Positions 39,791-50,119 of a stretch of DNA of 64,000 nucleotides are shown in pieces; position 1 is the stretch's first letter, and each line of letters begins with the position of its first letter. Below the pieces are notes generated by a model. That model had not been told where the DNA came from. It made no database searches and saw nothing but the letters and a program-made list of their open reading frames with translations. The DNA is from Terriglobia bacterium (GTDB lineage Bacteria > Acidobacteriota > Terriglobia > 2-12-FULL-54-10), in assembly GCA_963666975.2 (NCBI GenBank), contig CAXVYR010000004.1, positions 800,001 to 864,000 of the forward strand, in the 5' to 3' direction. Position numbers and translations under genes: made by a program.

Positions 39791-40110
39791 GCATCTGGGA
39801 CTTTCGGAATTTGCACGAGGGGAAACGGGTCTTCCTGATGGCTTCCGGTCCCTCGCTGTCTCATCTGGACCTGACGCCGCTGAGCCGGCGCATCGTGATC
39901 GGCATGAACCGCACCTCGCTGCTGTTCCCGAACACCCATTACCATTGCACAATGGATCTGCGGCTCTTTGATGATTATCCCGACCTGCTGCGCAGTTCCC
40001 GCTATCTGTTTACCTTTGAAGGCAGGCCGTTCGGTATCCCTCTCCGGTTGCTCGGCTCGGAAGGGTTTAGTTGGGATCTCGAAAAGGGCATCTATTCCGG
40101 CTATACCGTC
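39784..40110 (+). pseudogene. Truncated DUF115/Maf-like glycosyltransferase-related gene
   Basis: FRNLHEGKRVFLMASGPSL...IGMN...YHCTMD; similarity ends before the overlap with the convergent TPR gene. Confidence 0.6.
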
Positions 40111-40146
40111 GCCTCTCGCCGGGGCAGCCGGTTCCGTATGGATCGA

Positions 40147-41274
40147 TCACTTCTTCGCCATGAACTGTTTGATCTGCTCCAATCTTTCTCTCATCTGCCC
40201 GGCAAATCGCCCTTCGGGCGACTCTTCCAAATAGGTTCGCATTTCAACTGCCGCATTCAAGTGAGCCTGTCTTTGCAGGAAGATTTCGGCTAGCAAGACG
40301 TGGAGTTGCGGGACGTGTCCGCGAGAATTGGCTTCCGCCCGGCGCGCGCACTTTTCGGCTGCGTCCAGGTTGTAGAGATTGTAATTTCCCACCGCCTGGA
40401 GAAAACTGGCAAAGCCAACGCTGGGATCCAGCCGGAGGGCTTTCCCGGCCGTTTCCACGGCGTTCCGGTATTGCTTGTTTTGCAGTTGCAGTGTGGCCAG
40501 GTTCATGTACGGCGGAATGTATTCCGGGTCAATCCCAATGGCTTTTTCAAAAGCCCGGGTGGCTTTTTCTGCTTCCCGGCCAGCGAGGTAAATCCGGCCC
40601 AAGGCATTCCAGGCGGCGGCATATTGGTCATACTGAGCGACGGCTTGCTGGAAGTGTTGCCTGGCTCTCTCCGGACGCTGCTTGCGAACTTCTTTGAGCC
40701 CCTTCGCAAATTCCTTGCGCGCGCTGCTGGGAACCATCAGGGATGCGACGCTGATGGTGGCCTCTTGGACGCCGCCTATGCGCCTCAAACGCAGCGTGCC
40801 GACCTCGATCCTTCCCATGCCGGCGGAGTGGGTAAGGGTATGAGTCAAGGGAAAATAGCCCGGCACGGATGCCTGCAATTCGCAGCCAGCCAAGGAACTG
40901 CCGTTTTGCCGCAGCAAGTTTCTCCGACTATTGGCTGAATACATCGGTCTTTGACTGCTGGCACTGAAATCTGTGTTGCTCTGCGGGTCGGCGCCCAGGT
41001 GAATGGTGAAGTATCCGTCCAGGTCAGTGTGGATCACCTGCAAGGGCTTCACGCCGCAGGTCAGCTCAATCGATACGGGCTTTGCCGGGGGCCTGCCGCT
41101 ATCGGTTACAATCCGCCCATTTACATCCACAGATCCCTGGCTGGACGAATATGAATGCGGAAAGCCAGCGAAGATTTTCTGAGCAAACGGCCCCGCCGCC
41201 ATCCAAAGCAGAAGCAAGGCTAGGTGTCGATATACGTTGCGATTCGTTTTTTTAAGTTTTTCCTTCCGGGTCAT
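40147..41274 (-). CDS. Secreted TPR protein with a carboxypeptidase-regulatory-like N-terminal domain
   Basis: Signal peptide, beta-rich N-domain (TDLDGYF, ASVPGY), VPSSARKEF linker, then TPRs. Confidence 0.8.
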   Translation of the reverse strand: MTRKEKLKKTNRNVYRHLALLLLWMAAGPFAQKIFAGFPHSYSSSQGSVDVNGRIVTDSGRPPAKPVSIELTCGVKPLQVIHTDLDGYFTIHLGADPQSNTDFSASSQRPMYSANSRRNLLRQNGSSLAGCELQASVPGYFPLTHTLTHSAGMGRIEVGTLRLRRIGGVQEATISVASLMVPSSARKEFAKGLKEVRKQRPERARQHFQQAVAQYDQYAAAWNALGRIYLAGREAEKATRAFEKAIGIDPEYIPPYMNLATLQLQNKQYRNAVETAGKALRLDPSVGFASFLQAVGNYNLYNLDAAEKCARRAEANSRGHVPQLHVLLAEIFLQRQAHLNAAVEMRTYLEESPEGRFAGQMRERLEQIKQFMAKK

Positions 41275-41843
41275 GGCCAGCCCTCCGTTCGCACACTTGC
41301 TGTCGATCCGGCAGGTGTATGGAGTGGACTCCCGGCCACATGCAGCGATTTCTGAGGGGGTTTTCTGTCTTCCGCTTCTAACCGATGTACCCCAGAAGAC
41401 GGTGTTTGTTTCGCCATCTCTCCGGGTTCAACCGGGGCGGCCGCTTTGCCGCCTTATCTCGAACAGCAGACAGTATGATGAGGGCGTTCGCTGCGCTCAA
41501 CGTCACCTGCTACATAAAGATAGTTCGGCAAACGTAATGGAAAGTTGAGCGGTTAGTTGCAATGCGGCGGGTTCCGCGCCGGTTTCCTGTTTGAAGCCGT
41601 CTTTCTATTTCCTGGTAGACGTGTTTTCGGCTCCTGGCTGGGGTCGGGGGAAGGAAATGAACAAATAAGTAAAAAAGGAATGAAGCGAGGAGGTATTTTT
41701 GCCGAAAGATATAGAAGGATGGAACTGTCCATGGAGGGCAGCCAGAAAGTCGAAGGGGAATCGAGGGTGGTTCGGAGATCACCACGCAGGAGATAGGAGT
41801 TGTCCACCATCAGGCAACCCACGAGAGTTCAAGGGAGGATGGA

Positions 41844-43529
41844 GTGACCTGCCCGCATTGTCAGGCCGATCTGCCGGAGAAATCCCGGTTTTGCAATATG
41901 TGCGGCGGGAAGTTGGAGCCGAACGCCGGCAACGGCGCCGGGCAAACCTCCGCTGCCGTCTCCCCGGCTGTTCCTTCTCCTGCGGCCTCCAAAGCCTCCG
42001 AAGAAAATAAACCTGTGCGGCCTCCAACCCGTGAGGAGCGAGTCCAGGCCTGCCTGGAGAAAATTCTCAAGGATGCGGAGCTGCCCGCCTTTTCGCATCA
42101 CATTTCAAAAGTGATGGGTGTGATAGGAAACGAGGAGCTGTCGCTGCGGCATCTGAACAATATCATCCTGCGGGACTACAGCCTGTCGCTGGCCGTGCTG
42201 CGCCGGGCCAACTCGGCCTACTACAACCGCTCGAACCGGCAGATTTGCAGCGTGGCGCACGCCATCACCTTGCTGGGGATCGAAGCGGTTCGGAGCCTGG
42301 CAGCCACACTCATCTTGTTCGAGCACTACAACAAGCGGGCGGGTGGGCTGAAGGAATTGTTGCTGCTCTCTCTGCTGACGGCCAGCCACGCGCGCCAGGC
42401 GGCGGCCCAGATTCGGCTGCCGCGAGCCGAGGAAGCCTATTTGTGCGGGATGTTCCGGAACCTGGGAGAGGTGCTGGTGGCCACCCATCTTCGAAAACAA
42501 TACAGCCGCATCTTGAAGGAGCGGGAAAACAGTTCAGGAGAAGCCAAGGCCTGCCTGCAGGTGCTGGGGTTCACCTATGAAGACCTGGGGCAGGGCATGG
42601 CGAACCACTGGCATATGCCGAAGTCTGTGACCGAATCCATGGGATCGGCCGGGTCATCGTCGGCGCAACGGGCAGGGAAAGACGTCATGGAAACCCTGGT
42701 GGCTTTCAGCCACGAGCTGACCGATGTGATCTATCGCCGGAATCCCGGTAACCGGCAAGCCGCCGTCGCGCTCATTGTGGATAAATATGGTTCCAGCCTG
42801 CGGCTCGGTCCGGACGGCGTGCAAGCGCTGATTGCCACTGCGGTAAATGAGACGACGGAAACCTTCGCGGCGGCGAAGATTCCTCTCGACGGACTCCAGC
42901 TCCGCCGCCAGGCAGAGGCCGCGCTGCAGGGAGGGAGCTTGGAAACAGGAGCGCCGGAGCCGGAAGAGGAAGCGGCAACGCAAGTCGGCGGGGCGGAAGA
43001 GAACCTCCTGGACCGCCTGGCCGCAGAGGTGGATGCCGCTATACAGCCCGGCGCGTCCGTGCAAATGAACTCAATCCTCATGATGGTCCTGGAGGCTTAC
43101 CACCGCGGGGCCGGTTTTGATCGGGTGATATTTTTTCTTGCCGACAGCGACCGGACGCGGCTCCGGGGCAGGCTGGGGCTCGGTGAAGATATCGAGAGCA
43201 TGATCGACCGGCTGGAGATTCCCCTGGCGGGTCGCGGCGAGCCACTCACGGGTTTGCTGACCGGCAGGAAAGATACGTTTGCCGACATGCCGGGCAACCC
43301 CGCCTATAAAGATTCCAAAGTAATGGGAATCCTGCGGCCCAGGAGTTTCGGATTGTTTCCCGTGGTGGTGGATGGCGCCGTAGTGGGAGGTTTGTACTTC
43401 GACCGCTTGAAGCCGGAGTCTCCGCCCTCGCCCCGCGTTCTGAAGGTGCTCAAACGTTTGCGCGATCACATGGCCGAGACAATTCGGCGCACCAGAGCGC
43501 CTGCCGGGACGGCTACCGTTGCCGATTGA
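41844..43529 (+). CDS. HDOD-domain signalling protein with N-terminal zinc ribbon and C-terminal GAF-like region
   Basis: CPHC..CNMC; ELPAF, LRRANSAYY, AITLLG, EEAYLCGMFRNLG, HWHMP; C-terminal GGLYFD. Confidence 0.85.
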   Translation: MTCPHCQADLPEKSRFCNMCGGKLEPNAGNGAGQTSAAVSPAVPSPAASKASEENKPVRPPTREERVQACLEKILKDAELPAFSHHISKVMGVIGNEELSLRHLNNIILRDYSLSLAVLRRANSAYYNRSNRQICSVAHAITLLGIEAVRSLAATLILFEHYNKRAGGLKELLLLSLLTASHARQAAAQIRLPRAEEAYLCGMFRNLGEVLVATHLRKQYSRILKERENSSGEAKACLQVLGFTYEDLGQGMANHWHMPKSVTESMGSAGSSSAQRAGKDVMETLVAFSHELTDVIYRRNPGNRQAAVALIVDKYGSSLRLGPDGVQALIATAVNETTETFAAAKIPLDGLQLRRQAEAALQGGSLETGAPEPEEEAATQVGGAEENLLDRLAAEVDAAIQPGASVQMNSILMMVLEAYHRGAGFDRVIFFLADSDRTRLRGRLGLGEDIESMIDRLEIPLAGRGEPLTGLLTGRKDTFADMPGNPAYKDSKVMGILRPRSFGLFPVVVDGAVVGGLYFDRLKPESPPSPRVLKVLKRLRDHMAETIRRTRAPAGTATVAD

Positions 43530-43572
43530 TCTGAGTAGAGAAAAGTTACCCGCCCGGGGCGTTCGGCCTGGG

Positions 43573-43936
43573 TCAAAGCGGAAATTGAGTACAGAGTCTT
43601 GGAGGATTCGCAAAGTCCCTCGGACCGAAGTTTTGCAATGGAAGAAGCGCTGGATTCCACTCGCATGCGGAACTGCTCGGCCTGCTCTGTTTCGAGGTTT
43701 TGATCGATCCATTCCACAATGGAGGCAGCTTCCGACACGCTGCAAACTTTGCGCGAATAGCAGCAGGAGACACAGCCTGGTTGGCACAAAATCTTCAGGT
43801 CCTGGTTTTCGACGCTGGATTTGATGCTTGTCTCCGCCCGATCCCAAGCGGCATAGGCGCTCTTCGCCAGAGAAGCCCAGTCGTGGAGACGCTCCCCGCT
43901 GATCTCGGTTGTCCGATCCGCTTTCTTCGAACTCAT
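43573..43936 (-). pseudogene. Truncated YkgJ-family cysteine-cluster protein
   Basis: CQPGCVSCC motif followed by CSVSEA; lacks the downstream CP.L...C..Y..RP..CR half. Confidence 0.55.
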
Positions 43937-44288
43937 CGTGTGTGATCCTCAGAACGCCAAAAGGAACCGCCAGTCATCCAGTTGTTCTTTTGCGGAAATA
44001 ATAGTCCTGGGAACAATGGCGCCACAAGCAAAAGAAGCCAAGTATCACTATAGTTACGAGACGATAGTTGCGAGATGATAACAACTAGATGCAGTTGCGC
44101 ATGTAGTTGCGCGATGGTGCCGAAGGAGACGGGAGAATCAAGCATGGAGGCCGGCGATCCCAGATTCCCTGCTGTTTCCTCGCCCCTATATTTGCTGGCA
44201 AGATTCCCCACTGCTTCTCGCTCATGCACAACAACGCTGCTGGAGAGGGAATATGATGTGAGCAGGCTCATCCCCACCGACGCCGGAT

Positions 44289-44318
44289 TTGACAGAAACG
44301 GAACCGGGTAAGTAGAAT
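44289..44318 (+). promoter_or_regulatory. Sigma70 promoter of tRNA-Phe
   Basis: TTGACA-18 nt-TAGAAT, ending 11 nt before the tRNA. Confidence 0.8.
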
Positions 44319-44329
44319 CTTTGAGTCGT

Positions 44330-44405
44330 GGCCAGGTAGCTCAGTTGGTAGAGCGCAGCCCTGAAAAGGCTGGCGTCGGCGGTTCGATTCCGTCCCTGGC
44401 CACCA
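44330..44405 (+). tRNA. tRNA-Phe(GAA)
   Basis: 76-nt cloverleaf: GGCCAGG/CCTGGCC acceptor, CAGCC-CTGAAAA-GGCTG anticodon arm, GGTTCGATTCC T-arm, encoded CCA. Confidence 0.98.
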
Positions 44406-44462
44406 TGATTTCAAGCACTTAGCTTTCCCCTTCGACCGACTTTGCTTCCGTTTGCTTCCAAT

Positions 44463-45633
44463 TCAATGCACCATTTGTGACGGCTGGTTGAGCCGTGCGA
44501 CCACCCGCTGCTGCGATTCAGGCACGAATTGCTGGTAAATATCCAGCGTCGTACTCGCTCGCGAGTGCCGCATTTGAGCCTGAGCGTCCTTCACATCGGC
44601 ACCAGCCATCTTGAGCCAGGTCGCGTGCGAAGTTCGTAGGCATCGCCAGTTCACGAAATCCAGACCGAGCTTGCGGCCTGCTGGTTTAATAAACCGGGCA
44701 AGGATGTTGTTATCGCGCATCGGGCCACCCGACCTGACGGACTGAAACACGAGGTCGTGCGGACCATCCGACTTGAAGACTCTGTAGCGCCGCACCGCCC
44801 GACCAGCCCTTACATCAACTGTGAGCTGCTTGAGGCGGTGAAGCCGGTCAATTACGCAGCGGTTCACACCGATGGTTGCGTTTGAAGCGTCGCTCTTCGG
44901 TGCTCCCCAGTCTCCGCGACAGTACCGCTCATCGACCGTGATGGAATCGTCGTGGACATCCTCCCAGCGAAGAGCGATCAACTCGCTGACGCGCAGTCCC
45001 GTGTACACGGCGGTGTAGACCATCGTCGCGTATGACTCCGGAATTTCGGCCAACAGGCGATCAAGATCCGCGGGACTGACCACCGGCTTCCTGAAGCGTT
45101 TTCCGCGTTGCTCTGCCGGCAGCCGAACGCCCTCGACGGGGTTTTTGACAAGCAGCCCGTACTGAAGCGCCGAGCCGAGGATGGAAGACAAGACATCGCG
45201 GATCTTGTCCCTCGATTCGTGCGCGAGCTTCGAGGCCGCCAAGGATGAGATGTACTTCTGAATCGTGAGCGTCGTTAAATCCCGCAAACTAAAGATCACC
45301 GAACGCCGGCAGGAGGTGATTCGCGATCACTCCCTGGTAACGCTCTTGCGTGCTCTTTGCAAACAGCGGCATAACGACCGAGTTGTACGTGTTTTCCACG
45401 TAATGGTTAAAGTTTGTCGCGGATCCAATACTCTCAAGTCCCTGGTTTATTGGTCTCAACAATTCGGCCGCGATCTTCTTCACTTCACGTAGTGGCATCG
45501 AGGCAAGTGCCAGTTTCGCCCACGCCTTCTTCCGCTTGGGCACCCCGGTACTGAAGTCCTCGCGCCAATATTGTAGAATCCACCAGTTCCCACGCCTTTT
45601 GGGCTTCGGGTCCTGGAATCTCCGGCGTGACAT
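44463..45633 (-). pseudogene. Tyrosine recombinase (phage integrase) with a +1 frameshift near 45290
   Basis: MSRRRFQ..RRGNWW N-arm; TGLRVSEL, WRCLR, MRHS..TTLDIY; removing one T joins FGDL to SLRDL. Confidence 0.85.
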
Positions 45634-46222
45634 CCGCTCGAAATCTCCTTTCGGCGGAACGCCGGTGCTTGCCTCGGGCAGAATATTACCATGCTTTGAA
45701 TCCTTCGCTCTGGCAGCAATGGCGATTGCTGATTTGTAATTCAGCTCCGGCAGCGAGAAAACCTGAGTGGGGATTCGGTTCAGCAAGGTCGCTGCTAGAG
45801 GTACTGCTTCAGCAACGTTCACACCCCAAGGATTGTGGATGTAATTTACTATCCCATTTTCGTACACTTGTGCAGGAGCGACAGCGACCAGGGCCGCGGA
45901 ATGCACGAACACGTTTTGGATCTCGCCCGCTACTAAAACAGGCATAGACGATACTGTTGTCACCTAAACTCACCTCATCGTGAATGAGTGAATTCGCCGG
46001 GCCCTTCACGCCTCCTTGGGGATGGCGTATCTTCGGGGAACCCTAGGGTTCGTCCAGCTCCAGTAACCCGCGATGAAAAGCCGTTGCGGGTGGGGTCTCT
46101 ACCCTTTCCTTAGCAACCCGGCCGTGGTTGATGGCCGGTGCCACCTCGGACAATACCGCCGGTCTGGCAACAGGCGGTTCGTTTCTTGCTTCAGAAAGAT
46201 CTAATATCGTTCAAGCAGGCCG

Positions 46223-46507
46223 CTAGGCCAGGACAAGGCCCAGTATGTCATCCAGCTCAGCCTCTTTCATAGATCGCATGGTCTCTAGGAGGTTTTTCAA
46301 AGCTGCCCATCTTTCGGCACCTGATCTGGTTGAATCGCTGGCAAGCCTCCAGAGGACCTGGGCGGGACTTCTCTTCTTGAAGGGTCCAAGCTTCGGCCAC
46401 TTGTAGGCTTGAAACATCCCGATGAGATTCAATTGATCCTCCGCAGGCAAGTCCCTACTTTTTAGAATCTCGATTGCCATTCTTGGTGCTTGTTTGTACT
46501 GCATCAT
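46223..46507 (-). CDS. Hypothetical protein (element cargo)
   Basis: 94-aa ORF with a strong AAAGGAG RBS. Confidence 0.5.
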   Translation of the reverse strand: MMQYKQAPRMAIEILKSRDLPAEDQLNLIGMFQAYKWPKLGPFKKRSPAQVLWRLASDSTRSGAERWAALKNLLETMRSMKEAELDDILGLVLA

Positions 46508-47490
46508 TCTCCTTTCCTCTTTAATAATTCAGATTCTGAACAAGTTGCCTCAAGACCGTTACACTACGTGGTGCTCTGCGCCCCAAAGGGGGGAGGGCCG
46601 GGGGGCTCGACACAGTATGGCGCATACTCAAAACGGCCTTTAGGATCCCCTTGGACCAGATCCGTCACGGCCGGTGCCGCATTGTTCGTCTCGGGTGAAT
46701 TTAATTTCCAGCTCCTCCCTGCTAGGTTAGATCTGCCTATTTGCTTCAGCAAGGAACCCATGCGATTGGCCAACAGCCGACCGAAATCAAGAAAATCCAT
46801 AATTGCGGAAATAAATAAATACGGCAGCTTAACGACACTCTGACGTACCTAAAGCGACACTCTGAATTAACTAAATGCGCCGGCTGGGACGCGATTCGGA
46901 CAATCATTGCATAATCAACTGATTTGGGAACGAGCTTCTCTCCTAAGAATCATGCTGATTACGCAGGACTTGTTTTACTCCGGTACACAGGATTTTTGAA
47001 ACGGCCGCTTTCTGAAAATCCCTAAAAAAACTGCTGTGAAAAAGTTTCGTCGAGAACGAACGCATATGGGCTAGGTACTCCCTCCGCAAGTAGCGGCGGA
47101 GACGAGCGCGCACTCCACACATGTGTTATGCCTGAGCGTATCTGATTTCCCTGCCTTGGAACTTTCAATTGTCGAACCACCTCCGCGAGTGATGTTGAAG
47201 ACCGGGCTCTTGCCTGTCCGGATTCCGGATTTTTTTGGTTAACGCATTTCACTGAAAACAGCGTTTCGCAGTTCGCAGCACACTTACACATGGGGGGACA
47301 TACCCGATTGCGATTCGCAAAAACCATCCCGTTTTAAGACCAACAGATATACCAACTGTGTCTGTTTTCAACTAGTTACCTTTATGAGAATGTTATTGCG
47401 AATTGCGAATCCTCCATCGACTGTAAAGGCTGACTTTCCGAAAACAGGCATTCTTTTGCGAACTTTGCCAGACGCGAGAAGCGATGCCTA

Positions 47491-48900
47491 TTATCGGAGT
47501 AGGAAACGCTCGACTCCCTTCGGATCCTTCTTCGACTGAATGTGCTTGTGCAGGAGAGCGTCCAGATCATCCTTGATGGCAGCCGCTTTTCGATGGCTTT
47601 GGAAACACTCCTTGCTGATCTCCGTTTTCGTTTTTGGACCATTGGCGAGGAAATTAACAATTCGCCGCTGCTCGGCCGTTAATCCGCCAAAGATGAGCCT
47701 GGCGCTGTCCTCAGCATATTTCCAGAACGCCACGGCGGCCTTGAGGTCTCCTCGGCAATCACCGTGCGAATCCGTGTATAGAACGAAGCGGCCGTGTTCC
47801 GATGAACCCCGACAAGCTCAGCCGCCGCCCGTGCCGTCGTCCCGGCAACGAAGTGCTCCACCAACCGATCCCGCTTCGCCTTGCTCAGCCGACTACGCCG
47901 TTCGTACATATCGCCATCCTATCCCTAAGCAATCTGCTTAGCTAGGACAGCCCCATTAACAACGTTAATCCGCCAAAGATGAGCCTGGCGCTGTCCTCAG
48001 CATATTTCCAGAACGCCACGGCGGCCTTGAGGTGCTCGCTTCGGATGTTGTCTGACGAATCGAGCAATGCGTACAGGAGAGCGAGACGCGCCAACGTAGC
48101 GCCCCCCTTCCGCTCGCGATACCACATCCTGCGAGCGTTATCATCCATATAAACTCGGCCTTGCTTTCGAGCAAAGTCTACGGCGGATTTCAAGCCTATA
48201 ACCTCCGAGGTCCAATCAAGAGCTTTACCACCGAATGGTTTCGGGCCGCACCGTTCAACATGCAGCCACAGAAATCGGTTAGCGAAGCCGTTGGACCGTT
48301 CGGCTTGTGCTAACGCCGAGTGCAGCTCGTCTCGCGTGATGTCCCCAAGAATCGAAATGTGTGCATTGCTGGCTTTGGCAGGTGAGTTTTTAGTGGCTAC
48401 CTGTAAGATTCTGCCGTCCCAGGCGTTCCGTATCACCGCTGAGAGTATATTGCCTTCCCGCTTCATGACCGCGAGCGCACTCGCGAATTCGCCTTCATAG
48501 ACAAACAGCCGTTTATCCGAAACTCCCGGGACTTCAGTATCACCCTCGTCGTTCGAGTTTGTATCGCGTACTTTCCAGATGACGCCTTCGCCAGAAGATA
48601 GTCCGGAAATTATGCGATTTGCCTTCCAAGCAGGATCGACTTTGTCAAACACTGCGTCGATTCAGGCCGCGGCCGTGCCCTTGCGGGATTTTGCAGTGTC
48701 GCCCACTTTTACTGCGAAGATGTTTCCATAATGCCGTGTGTCCTCCACCTGGAAGTAGGCCGTCCGGCCGATGATATTCCCGAAACTCATGAGTATCTCG
48801 GCCAGTAGTGCGGCGGGATGTGCTTCTGTTTCCGGCTTCAGCTTCTTGACGATTTCACCTGCTAGTCCATAGAGGGCCATATGTTCTGTAGCCTCCCGGA
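47491..48900 (-). pseudogene. DUF3987/YfjI-like replication protein, disrupted
   Basis: GLAGEIV..ETEAHPAA, VGDTAKSRKGT, GLSSGEG, EGEF, AWDG, GFANRFL; in-frame TGA at 48662-48664, an IS fragment and a duplication. Confidence 0.75.
47748..47954 (-). mobile_element. Left-end fragment of an IS1595-family (IS1016-like) element
   Basis: GGGGCTG terminus, then MYERRSRLSKAKRDRLVEHFVAGTTARAAAELVGVHRNTA; flanked by a 71-bp direct repeat (47677-47747 = 47963-48033). Confidence 0.8.
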
Positions 48901-49064
48901 TACCGGCCCGCCGGGATGAGAGTTCAGAGCAAGAGGGTTTGTAACAAAAAGGTGTGGAGCAAGCAGCATCCCTTCCAGCCGAAAATTCTCCCGGAAGTAT
49001 GCCGCGCGGGGCGCTTCGAGGACTATAATTATTTTTGAACCTAAACCGAAACGCGGTGATTGCC

Positions 49065-49679
49065 ATGCGAATAATCGTTAGCTTCCTGATCCTGTTTCTG
49101 CTTTCCTCCGCTCCAGCAGGAGCGCAGACGGCTCCGGGCGGTGAAAACGGGGCGTGCATGGGCGGCAAGCCCGGCGCTCCCATTCGGATCGAGGTATTTT
49201 CCGACTACCAGTGTCCCGCTTGCCGCCAGTTCTACATGGAAACGATGCGTCCGGTGCTGGACAACTACGCCAGCGCCGACAAGGTCTGCGTGGTCTACCG
49301 GGAGTTTCCACTGACCATGCACGCACATGCCCGCGAGGCGGCGCACTACGCTCACGCCGCCCAGCTGTTGGGGATGCGCTACTGGCGGCTGGTCACCGAC
49401 GCCCTGTACCAATCCCAGCCCCAGTGGTCCGCAAACGGCCAGTTGGAGCCCGTGGTCGCTGGCGTCTTGTCGGAGGAAGACATGGGCCGGTTGCGGAAAT
49501 GGATGGAAGACCCCGCCGTGGAAGCGGCCATCTCAAGAGACATCGCGCTGGCCCGCGAACGGAACGTCACCGCAACGCCCACCTTCTTCGTCACCGCCCA
49601 GGGCAAGACCGAAAAAGTGGCTGGGGTCGTTCAATACTTTGTCCTGCAACGCTACCTGGACCATTTGCTGGGGCAATGA
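49065..49679 (+). CDS. DsbA-family thiol-disulfide oxidoreductase
   Basis: Signal peptide, FSDYQCPAC, EFPL, VTATPTF cis-Pro loop. Confidence 0.9.
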   Translation: MRIIVSFLILFLLSSAPAGAQTAPGGENGACMGGKPGAPIRIEVFSDYQCPACRQFYMETMRPVLDNYASADKVCVVYREFPLTMHAHAREAAHYAHAAQLLGMRYWRLVTDALYQSQPQWSANGQLEPVVAGVLSEEDMGRLRKWMEDPAVEAAISRDIALARERNVTATPTFFVTAQGKTEKVAGVVQYFVLQRYLDHLLGQ

Positions 49680-49682
49680 GCC

Positions 49683-50108
49683 GTGCTGTTACGTGTCCTG
49701 GAATGGATCTGCCGGTTGCTGCTGGGGGCTTTGTTCGTCATCGCCGGCTACACCAAGCTGGGAAGCCCTTTCCTGTTTGAAATGGCCGTGGACACTTATC
49801 AGTTGCTCCCGCCAGTGGGAGTGATTGTCGTGGCCCGTTCTCTGCCGTGGTTGGAGATAGTCCTCGGCATGCTGTTGTTGCGGGGCTGGAAACTAAAATA
49901 TGTAGCGACCTTCACTGCCCTATTGCTGGGAACCTTTCTCCTGGCGATGAGCATCACCTATGCCAGGGGCATCGAGGCGAATTGCGGCTGTTTCGGCTTC
50001 GGCGAACCGATCAGCCCCCGGACGCTGGCACGAGACTCGTTTCTATTCGTATTCGCCGTGTTCCTCGCCATTTATGCATGGCGCAAAAATAAAGCCACGG
50101 CCCCCTAA
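49683..50108 (+). CDS. MauE/DoxX-family redox membrane protein
   Basis: Four TMs, LPWLEI, RGIEANCGCFG. Confidence 0.88.
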   Translation: MLLRVLEWICRLLLGALFVIAGYTKLGSPFLFEMAVDTYQLLPPVGVIVVARSLPWLEIVLGMLLLRGWKLKYVATFTALLLGTFLLAMSITYARGIEANCGCFGFGEPISPRTLARDSFLFVFAVFLAIYAWRKNKATAP

Positions 50109-50119
50109 AAATCTCCCGC

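Larger units (their letters stand above)
44406..48900. mobile_element. Decayed integrative element (phage satellite / prophage relic) at tRNA-Phe
   Basis: Integrase converges on the tRNA 3' end; DUF3987-like replication gene remnant; lower GC; no second att copy seen, so the right boundary is approximate. Confidence 0.75.

Noticed and set aside
46580-46610. G-rich tract GGGGGAGGGCCGGGGGG as a phage cos/packaging signal or G-quadruplex
   Set aside because: No terminase or HNH gene is recognisable nearby and the pattern alone is too weak.
48662-48664. In-frame TGA in the DUF3987-like gene as possible selenocysteine
   Set aside because: There is no redox Cys motif context and the gene has other lesions, so an ordinary nonsense mutation is more likely.
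44406-49000. Second att copy (duplicate of the tRNA-Phe 3' end)
   Set aside because: No CCCTGGCCACCA-like repeat was found by eye, so the element's right boundary is undefined.
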